From assembly GCA_041640035.1 (NCBI GenBank), contig JBEQBC010000003.1, forward strand, positions 44,945 through 108,944: 64,000 nt of DNA, given 5' to 3'. The position numbers were made by a program, and so were the translations under genes. Positions 20,341-27,659 of the stretch are shown in pieces. The notes beneath the pieces are model-generated. The model did no database searches, had not been told where the DNA came from, and saw only the letters and a program-made list of their open reading frames with translations. Source of the DNA: Candidatus Nanohaloarchaea archaeon. GTDB taxonomy: Archaea; Nanohalarchaeota; Nanosalinia; Nanosalinales; Nanosalinaceae. How positions within the stretch are numbered: position 1 is the first letter of the stretch; every line of letters starts with the position of its first letter.

Positions 20341-21255
20341 TCAGAATCTCTCCTCGAACTTTTCCTTCCGCTCTTCCGCCAGTTGAATGTACTCTTCCTC
20401 CTCTTCCCGATCCTTCAGTTTGGCAGCTTTCCTCAAGGCCCAGATAACATCGTTTACTCGGGTAAGTCTTTCTGACTGTCTCAAACCTTCCTCGAGATCT
20501 TCGATACCTGTCTTCTCTCTGTAGATGTCTTTGATCAGTTTGTATCGTTTCTGACTCAGTTTTTCGTGTATGAATAGGTAGGAGAGCATGTTTTCCGGGT
20601 TTCTTGAGAATCTTCCTAGCTCCCAGTCGATGAAGTAGATCTCTCCACCTGCTCTCGTGTTGTTGGCTATATCTCCGTGTGTAAGACCTATATGAGGGTC
20701 TTCGTCCTCTTTAATATTGTCGTTTATTTCCTCTAGTTTGTCTCGGCACCAGTCAAGCAGTTCGTGCTCTATGTTTTCTTCCGCGAACTCCAGTCTGTCG
20801 AAGCCGTATTTCTGGATTGTCTGTTTTAGTGTTTCCGGTTCGCTGTACGAGTAGCCGTTTTCTTCGCAGAATTGTCTGAATTTCTGGAAGTCTAGTCTGT
20901 GTATCTGTACGAGTTTTTCGACCCATTCTTCGAGCAGGTTTTGATCCATTTCTTCCAGTCCGATGTCCTGCTCGCCTACATAGCTGGTTATGTGTGTTTT
21001 TTCGTTTTCATCGTATCTGATTGAGCGAGGAACGAAGCTGATTCCCTGGTTTTCTAGGAATTTAAGTATTTTTCTTTCTTGGTCCAGTCGGTAGGTGCTT
21101 CTTTTCTCTTCAAGGTTTGATCGCAGGACATATTTCTCTCCACTTGATTTGAAGATGAAGTTGTGGTTGCTTTCGCCGGTGAAGTGGTCAAGAATTCTGG
21201 CGTTGTTGAAGCCGTTGTTTTTCAGGTAGTTCCTGGCTTCTTCTTGGTTCTTCAT
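20341..21255 (-). CDS. APH/choline-kinase family phosphotransferase
   Basis: GESNHNF, YVLR, HGDIANN, FIDWE; start reset to MKNQEE to avoid overlap with the divergent HTH gene. Confidence 0.85.
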   Translation of the reverse strand: MKNQEEARNYLKNNGFNNARILDHFTGESNHNFIFKSSGEKYVLRSNLEEKRSTYRLDQERKILKFLENQGISFVPRSIRYDENEKTHITSYVGEQDIGLEEMDQNLLEEWVEKLVQIHRLDFQKFRQFCEENGYSYSEPETLKQTIQKYGFDRLEFAEENIEHELLDWCRDKLEEINDNIKEDEDPHIGLTHGDIANNTRAGGEIYFIDWELGRFSRNPENMLSYLFIHEKLSQKRYKLIKDIYREKTGIEDLEEGLRQSERLTRVNDVIWALRKAAKLKDREEEEEYIQLAEERKEKFEERF

Positions 21256-21339
21256 GGTTGGTGGGTTTCCTCCTATAGCATTTTTTGGTTTCTCTGTTTT
21301 TAGTAGGCTTTTTACTCTTTGAGTTTGAATTTTTGGTTT

Positions 21340-21648
21340 ATGGAGTGTAGTCCGGAGCTTGAGGAACTTCTGAGGGTTGTCTTCGATTTGAATGGTAGGG
21401 AGATAGATGTTTTGATGGTTCTGTGTGATGGTGAGAAGACAGTAAGTGATATCTGTGACCATATTGAATTGGAACGAAGTACTGTTCAGCGGTATCTTTC
21501 TTCTCTCAAGAAGACGGGTTTAGTTAAAACAAGTCGGGATGGCCGGAAACATGTTTATTCTGTGAATCGTGGTGAGCTCAGAGATCAGTTGGATGAGAGT
21601 CTTGATTCGTGGTATGAGGAGAAGAAGGATTCGATCCAACAAATCTAA
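21340..21648 (+). CDS. Winged HTH transcriptional regulator (TrmB/ArsR-like)
   Basis: TVSDICDHIELERSTVQRYLSSLKKTGLV...GRKHVY. Confidence 0.85.
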   Translation: MECSPELEELLRVVFDLNGREIDVLMVLCDGEKTVSDICDHIELERSTVQRYLSSLKKTGLVKTSRDGRKHVYSVNRGELRDQLDESLDSWYEEKKDSIQQI

Positions 21649-21681
21649 ATGTTTAAAAGTGTTCAACATTATTACACACTT

Positions 21682-21927
21682 ATGAGTGAGATAGAAGTAT
21701 TCACGACACCTACCTGTCCGTACTGCACAAAAATCAAGCAGTGGCTGGACGAAAATGACTACGACTACACAGAGCATAATGTAGCCTCGGACCAGCAAAA
21801 GGCCAAGAAAATGATCGAGAAGACCGGTCAGAGAGGAGTTCCACAGACATTTGTAGGAGATGAAGCAATAGTTGGCTTCCAGCCTCAGAAAATAGAGGAA
21901 GCGATCTCAGAAGGGATAGAAGGCTGA
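21682..21927 (+). CDS. Glutaredoxin / NrdH-like redoxin
   Basis: CPYC, GQRGVP, VGF. Confidence 0.93.
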   Translation: MSEIEVFTTPTCPYCTKIKQWLDENDYDYTEHNVASDQQKAKKMIEKTGQRGVPQTFVGDEAIVGFQPQKIEEAISEGIEG

Positions 21928-21995
21928 ACAAATTTCCCCTAAAGTTCAGTTTTTAAATTTCTCTTTAATTGTTCTTTTACAGTGAGAATTTAGCC

Positions 21996-22784
21996 ATGAA
22001 GGTATTTACTAGAGGAGAAGGTACGCCTGAACTGGTCGTAGTAGGCTCTGTTCACGGCGATGAACCCGCAGGCAGAAAAGCAATCAAAAAACTGCTAGAC
22101 CAAGACCTAGAGTTCAGGAAACCAGTCAAATTCATAATCGCAAATGAAGAAGCACTGGACGAAAACGAGAGATATCTGGAAGCGGACCTTAACTCAAGCT
22201 TCCCGGGAGACAGCGGAAGCGAAAAACATGAGGAAAAACTGGCAGCTGAAATAGCAGAACAAGTAAACGGGAAGAGAGTGCTTGATCTTCACACCACTCA
22301 CTCATCCAGAGAACCATTCGCAACACTCAAAGACATAACAAAAGAAGAACTTGAGATGCTTGAATCTACAGCGGTCGAAAACGCAGTATACTTTCCCGGA
22401 ACCTCAGGAGTGCTGATCGAATCAGCAGAACACGGAATCCTAATAGAAACTGGCATCCAGGGAACACAAAAAGCCGCAGAAGACTCTTTTAATATACTCA
22501 AAAACTTTCTGGCATGTGAAGGCGTCATAAGAGGAGAATGCAATCTCACTGACCCTGATATCTATAAGTATACGGAAACAGTCGAAGGAGACTGGGAATT
22601 CAAAGCCAAGAATTTTGAAAAAGTCGAGAAAGGAGAAATGTACGCTGAAAGGGATGGAGAAAAGCTTGTGGCTGATGAAGATTTCTATCCGGCTTTGATG
22701 TCTACGGACGGCTACAACGGTAAACTGGGTTACAAGACCGTGTACATGGCCAAGTCCTCGGAAATAAAGAATAAAGAGAATTAA
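21996..22784 (+). CDS. Succinylglutamate desuccinylase/aspartoacylase family (M14-like)
   Basis: HGDE, DLNSSFPG, LDLHTT, IETG. Confidence 0.88.
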   Translation: MKVFTRGEGTPELVVVGSVHGDEPAGRKAIKKLLDQDLEFRKPVKFIIANEEALDENERYLEADLNSSFPGDSGSEKHEEKLAAEIAEQVNGKRVLDLHTTHSSREPFATLKDITKEELEMLESTAVENAVYFPGTSGVLIESAEHGILIETGIQGTQKAAEDSFNILKNFLACEGVIRGECNLTDPDIYKYTETVEGDWEFKAKNFEKVEKGEMYAERDGEKLVADEDFYPALMSTDGYNGKLGYKTVYMAKSSEIKNKEN

Positions 22785-22793
22785 AGTACTTTT

Positions 22794-23030
22794 TTACTCT
22801 TCAGCTGTGTTCATTCCCAATGCAGAGTAAATTGCACATTTCCTGAAGTACCCAGTCGCCAGTAGAATCAGAGCGACTACTCCTAGAACGGGTGAAACAA
22901 TTTCAGGTACGGGAACTACAGCTGAAACAAGGTTCAATGACTGAGCAAGTACTACAAGGGAGAGAAGCCCCAGTACTGCGCCCAGGCCGATACGGACCTT
23001 CCGATCCATCACGCCTACATTCGTTTCCAT
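22794..23030 (-). CDS. DUF2892 (YgaP-like) membrane protein
   Basis: NVGVMDRKVR...TGYFRKCAIYSALGMNT. Confidence 0.9.
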   Translation of the reverse strand: METNVGVMDRKVRIGLGAVLGLLSLVVLAQSLNLVSAVVPVPEIVSPVLGVVALILLATGYFRKCAIYSALGMNTAEE

Positions 23031-23126
23031 GGACTATATTGTAGGTTTTTATTGTATAACTCTCTTGGTACAGTAATCCAAAAAACCAAAACAAATTTAA
23101 AGTGTTGTTACTAATTAGTAAACATA

Positions 23127-23243
23127 ATGATGGCTGTTGAAAACGAATACGAACAACTAGTTTCAAAGTCGGGTTCAGAGCTTGCAGATGATCTGACTCA
23201 ACCAAAACCTGAATTTGAACAGATAAAGATAAACACTAAGTGA
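23127..23243 (+). CDS. Putative 38-aa acidic small protein
   Basis: Below ORF-track cutoff: MMAVENEYEQLVSKSGSELADDLTQPKPEFEQIKINTK; TTTAAA about 30 nt upstream; stop 6 nt before next ATG. Confidence 0.5.
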   Translation: MMAVENEYEQLVSKSGSELADDLTQPKPEFEQIKINTK

Positions 23244-23249
23244 AGTATT

Positions 23250-23813
23250 ATGCCAAAGATACCAGTGGAAGAAAGAGAAGAAGAGAACCTGTCAGAAGTA
23301 GTAGAAAGTCTCAGAGATAATGAACTAGATTTCGGGGATACCAGAGAAGAGTTCCTGGCAGCAGGTCAGAGAGCACACGAAAAGATGAATCCCAACTGGA
23401 ATAATAGCTCGGATCAGATTAAAGGACTACAGATAGGAGAACCGGAAGAAAGCCACGTTGAAGAACTTTATCCTGATGCAGCAGACGACAGTATCGAAGT
23501 ATACCAGTGGGGAGAAGGAGAAGAAGCAGAAACATTTGTACTTGAAGACACCCACGGAATGGAAGGAGAAGACAAGGCATACCGAAGCAGAAAAATCGTC
23601 TCAGAGAACGCAGAATACCACCTAGTTCAAGAAAAAGTAGATGGCGACACATACATCGAACTTGAAGTAGAAGGAGAACCTATGTTCGGCGTCAATAGCC
23701 AAGGCGACTTTGAAGACAAATGGCAGGAACTCAGGGGTAACGATTCAGAAATCGCAAGCTTATCTGCATTTGATGAAGAATACGCAGCTAGTGGTGACGA
23801 ATACCGAGAATAA
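23250..23813 (+). CDS. Hypothetical acidic protein
   Basis: 187-aa ORF with native composition; T-tract after stop. Confidence 0.7.
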   Translation: MPKIPVEEREEENLSEVVESLRDNELDFGDTREEFLAAGQRAHEKMNPNWNNSSDQIKGLQIGEPEESHVEELYPDAADDSIEVYQWGEGEEAETFVLEDTHGMEGEDKAYRSRKIVSENAEYHLVQEKVDGDTYIELEVEGEPMFGVNSQGDFEDKWQELRGNDSEIASLSAFDEEYAASGDEYRE

Positions 23814-23895
23814 AAATATTTTTCTTCTTAATATTTCTTCTCTTTGGGCAGGAAGAAACCCAACCTTTTTATGTTGTTATGAGTAAGTAACAATT

Positions 23896-24639
23896 ATGAG
23901 ATTTGAAGCTTCACAAAACAACTCTTACGAAAATGTAGAATCCAGGAGACAGGATGGCGTTTGGACCGACCATACCACACAGGTGAATCGGTATGATGAT
24001 CTTCTGGAGGCAATAGGCGAAAGATCAAACTACGATGGAGATTTAGAGTTAGATATACTAGATGTAGGCTGTTCTACAGGAGAAGCAGCAAATTACTTCG
24101 CAGAGGAGCTTGAAGACCGATACGGAGTAACAGTAAATGTTGTAGGAGTAGATATAGGTGATGAAGTAGTAGATGAAGCAGGCCAGGTGCTGGATGAAGC
24201 ATATCAGGGTAAGGCACAGAACCTAGACTTTGAGACAGATAGATTTGATATCGTAACCTCTAAGACACTTCTCTCAAGGATCGGACCTGAAGATCAAACA
24301 GACGCAATGAATGAAATAAACAGAGTTGTAGATGACGATGGTTATGCAGCCGTAGAAGTCGATCCGGAAGGAGAAGATCGGGTATTCAAAGGCACAAGCT
24401 ATGTAATGACCGGAGAAGAGATGACAGAAGTCTCTCAGGAGACCGAAGGATTCTCAGACTACTCGATCGCAGAGGAACTAGAACCTTACAAAGCAGTGGA
24501 CTTCCACCAAGAGAAAGAAAAACCAGATGATGTAGAGAAACATAACGAAGGAGAATTCCTAGGAACCACTAGACATGTAGCAGAACAAGCAGGTCAGGAA
24601 CAAGAAGGAAGCGGTGACGACGATATCATCGTCGCCTAA
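23896..24639 (+). CDS. Class I SAM-dependent methyltransferase
   Basis: ILDVGCSTG, VVGVDI, FDIV, EINRVV..DG. Confidence 0.85.
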   Translation: MRFEASQNNSYENVESRRQDGVWTDHTTQVNRYDDLLEAIGERSNYDGDLELDILDVGCSTGEAANYFAEELEDRYGVTVNVVGVDIGDEVVDEAGQVLDEAYQGKAQNLDFETDRFDIVTSKTLLSRIGPEDQTDAMNEINRVVDDDGYAAVEVDPEGEDRVFKGTSYVMTGEEMTEVSQETEGFSDYSIAEELEPYKAVDFHQEKEKPDDVEKHNEGEFLGTTRHVAEQAGQEQEGSGDDDIIVA

Positions 24640-24647
24640 AAAATTTT

Positions 24648-26711
24648 TTACTTAATCAAACTTCCTACATCCATCTCCTGATCTGTATCCAGAAGTGATA
24701 CATTTCCTTCTTCGTCTTCAGCTGCCAGCATCATACATTCACTGACTTCTCCACGCAGCTCTGCAGGCTCAAGGTTAGCCAGTACAACTACTTTCCGTCC
24801 CTCGAGTTCCTCTTTATTGTAGTGGTTCTTCAGTCCTGCACAGGTCTGCAAGGTGGTTCCGCCCACATCTACCTGTACTTTATACAGTTTATCTGCGTTC
24901 GGATGCTCTTCTACTTCAAGAACCTGACCTACACGGATATCCATGTCTCCGAACTCCTCAAAGCTGACGGTATCTGTGTTCAGCTCTGTTTCTTCCTCAA
25001 TCTCTTCTTCCTCCTGTTCTACATCGATCTTCTCGAACAGGATCTCTCTTTCACCTAGTTCTGAGCCACCTGCGATTCCGCCGATGAGCGCATCCGTGAA
25101 CTCGCTGTCACCTTCCTCTGTATGGATTTCGGTTTGAAGCATCTCCTGGATCTTCTCGGATGTATCCGGCGTGAAAGGATACATCGTGACGGCCAGTCCT
25201 CTGATTATCTGGATCGAGACCTGTATTACCGGTTCTCTTCTCTCCTCATTGTTCCATGGTTCTTCCTCGCTCAAGTAACGGTCTCCGAGCCGTGCGAGTT
25301 CAAGTGCTTTGTCCAGTGCTTCACGCAGTTCATGTCTCTCGAAAGCGTCCTGATAATCGTCGATTATGTCTTCTGCTTCGCTGATTATCTCTCTGTCCTC
25401 ATATTCGAGTTCTGCGGCCGGTACCTTATTGTCGAACCATTTCTCTGACAGGCTGAGAGTCCGGTTGACGAAGTTTCCGACTGTGTCGTTGAGTACATTA
25501 TTGATTGTGGATTCAAAGTCGTCCCATGAGAACTTGGTATCGTGATCCTCCGGAATGTTCTTCGCCAGATAGAAACGCCAGTAATCCGGTGGATGCATGT
25601 CCAGTGCATCCTCTGTACGCAGTCCTTTTCCACGGGATTTAGAGAACTTGGTATCCTCGGCCAAGAGGTACTGCTGAATGAACTCGTAATGCGGCAGTGC
25701 GTAGTCCTTCTCCTCTGTGGAGCTCCCAATCAGCATAGAAGGCCAGATAACTGTATGGAACACTGTGTTGTCCTTCCCGATGGAGTAGTACACATCCGCG
25801 TCACCGGTCCAGTAATCCGTCCACTCATCGTCATCCTCGAAAAGTTCACGGGTAAAGCCGATGTAACCAATCGGAGCATCAAACCAGACATACAAGACTT
25901 TATCGCTATAACGCTCCTGGTCCAATTTCTGGACCTCTACGCCTTCTTCTTCGATCCGTTCGTTTACTCTTTCTACTGGTATATCGAATCCCCAGTCTAT
26001 ATCACGGGTGATACAGCGGTCCTCAAGCTCATCTATAGTATTCATAACCTCTTTCTTGCTTGAGTCAGGGATCGGTTGTGGATCGGCGTCTTCCAGCCAG
26101 TCACGTAGTTCATCCTCGAACTGAGGTAAATCCAGGAAGAGATGTGTGGTTTCCTTGAACTCTACATCGTTTCCGCCACATATCTGGCATTCGATTTCGT
26201 CCAGTTCTTCCGGTTCAACCAGTTTTCCGCAGTCGTCGCACTGGTCTCCTCGGGCTAGTCCGCCGCAGTGCGGGCAGGTTCCTTCTATGTACCGGTCTGG
26301 TAGGAATCTTTCGTCGTTGTTGCAGTATGCTAGTGTTTGTTCTTTTTCTTTGATGTACCCGTTCAGGTACAGTTCTGTGAACATGTCGTGTGTCTGTTTC
26401 TTGTTGTATTCGCTGTGTGTCTCGGAGTAGATGTCGAAATCCATGTTGAAGTCGTTGAGTACTTTTTTGACTTTCTCATGGTTCTTCTCTTTCAGTTCTT
26501 CGACATCCATTCCCTGTTCAAGTGCTTCTAGCTCTAGAGGTGTACCGTGGACATCGCTTCCACATACGAACCGGTGGTCTGTGCCTTTCAGATCGTTGTA
26601 TCTGTTGAATATATCAGCTGGAAGCAGGCTTCCTACAATATTTCCTAGATGTGGTACTCCGTGGATATACGGTAGTGCAGAAGTAATCGTAACTTTTTGG
26701 TCGTCAGTAAT
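24648..26711 (-). CDS. metG: Methionyl-tRNA synthetase with C-terminal tRNA-binding domain; probable ATT start
   Basis: Frame continues upstream of the ORF-track ATG (26510) through TSALPYIHGVPHLGN and GSDVHG; zinc knuckles, YVWFDAPIGY, KFSKS, HPNADKL. Product is secure; start codon is inferred. Confidence 0.93.
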   Translation of the reverse strand: MTDDQKVTITSALPYIHGVPHLGNIVGSLLPADIFNRYNDLKGTDHRFVCGSDVHGTPLELEALEQGMDVEELKEKNHEKVKKVLNDFNMDFDIYSETHSEYNKKQTHDMFTELYLNGYIKEKEQTLAYCNNDERFLPDRYIEGTCPHCGGLARGDQCDDCGKLVEPEELDEIECQICGGNDVEFKETTHLFLDLPQFEDELRDWLEDADPQPIPDSSKKEVMNTIDELEDRCITRDIDWGFDIPVERVNERIEEEGVEVQKLDQERYSDKVLYVWFDAPIGYIGFTRELFEDDDEWTDYWTGDADVYYSIGKDNTVFHTVIWPSMLIGSSTEEKDYALPHYEFIQQYLLAEDTKFSKSRGKGLRTEDALDMHPPDYWRFYLAKNIPEDHDTKFSWDDFESTINNVLNDTVGNFVNRTLSLSEKWFDNKVPAAELEYEDREIISEAEDIIDDYQDAFERHELREALDKALELARLGDRYLSEEEPWNNEERREPVIQVSIQIIRGLAVTMYPFTPDTSEKIQEMLQTEIHTEEGDSEFTDALIGGIAGGSELGEREILFEKIDVEQEEEEIEEETELNTDTVSFEEFGDMDIRVGQVLEVEEHPNADKLYKVQVDVGGTTLQTCAGLKNHYNKEELEGRKVVVLANLEPAELRGEVSECMMLAAEDEEGNVSLLDTDQEMDVGSLIK

Positions 26712-26773
26712 TATTGGTACACCTCTACCACAGATTTCAAGTTCTGAAGCTTTAAAGTCTAATCCGCCGACCT

Positions 26774-27544
26774 TTAGACGATCCTGCGCTTCAAACGGTT
26801 CAGGTTTGACAACCCGAAATCAGGCTCCTCCATGCCCTCAAGGTCGGAAAGCTCATCGCGACTTAACTCTCCTGTCATGATGGCAGCGGTCTTCAGACCA
26901 AGCCGGTTACCTAGTTCGACATCAACCTTTCTGTCTCCTACAAGTAGTGTTTTCTCGTTGAAGTAGCTGAAGTACCTTTTGAAGTACCGTCTGAAAACAG
27001 GTGAAGGCTTACCGATATTCTGAGGCTCTGCGTACTCCGATAAAGCGTTGTTCACTGCTTTCTGGTGAGGCATAGCTTTTTTCGAAGTATGGAAAGTTCT
27101 TTCTGTACTGCAGACATACAGGTCGCCGCCTTCATCAAGTATATTGAAAGCTCTACGCAGTTTATCATAGTTGAACTGACGGTCAAAACCTACTACAACT
27201 GTATCAGCCTCATCACTTACACGGATATCCTCGTCCTCCAGTTCATCGATCAAACCGGATTCGCCGATCACATAAGCTTCGTTAACATCTTCTTCTGCTA
27301 GTTTCTGAGCTGCAACATAACCAGAGGTAATGACATCTTCTTTATCGGTATCTAGTCCCATAGAGGTCAGTTTCTCTGCGTATCCTTGTCTGGAAAGTCT
27401 TGTATTATCTGTAAAGTATTTTACATCGATATCGCTGCTTTTTAGGCTTTGAATCACTTCATCTGCTGGGAACACAAAGTCGTCCCAGTTCCAGACTGTC
27501 CTGTCCAGATCCAGAAAAACTGTTCTCAGTTCGTTGAAATCCAT
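26774..27544 (-). CDS. HAD-IIA hydrolase (NagD-like)
   Basis: DLDRT, TDN, GKPS, VGDRKVD. Confidence 0.88.
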   Translation of the reverse strand: MDFNELRTVFLDLDRTVWNWDDFVFPADEVIQSLKSSDIDVKYFTDNTRLSRQGYAEKLTSMGLDTDKEDVITSGYVAAQKLAEEDVNEAYVIGESGLIDELEDEDIRVSDEADTVVVGFDRQFNYDKLRRAFNILDEGGDLYVCSTERTFHTSKKAMPHQKAVNNALSEYAEPQNIGKPSPVFRRYFKRYFSYFNEKTLLVGDRKVDVELGNRLGLKTAAIMTGELSRDELSDLEGMEEPDFGLSNLNRLKRRIV

Positions 27545-27659
27545 GCATACAAATTGGAGGTGAAATCTAATAATGGTTGAGTTAGTCCGAATACATGGTA
27601 CAGCAGTCTAAAACCTTCAGCCTCTCTTTTATTTGAAGAAGAAGAATACTAAACCTGAG

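Noticed and set aside
21256-21462. N-terminal extension of the phosphotransferase ORF
   Set aside because: Overlaps the divergent HTH gene; the kinase domain begins at MKNQEE.
26774-26820. Programmed frameshift fusing the HAD gene to metG
   Set aside because: No slippery heptamer seen, and a TATA box and SD lie in front of metG; a non-canonical start is simpler.
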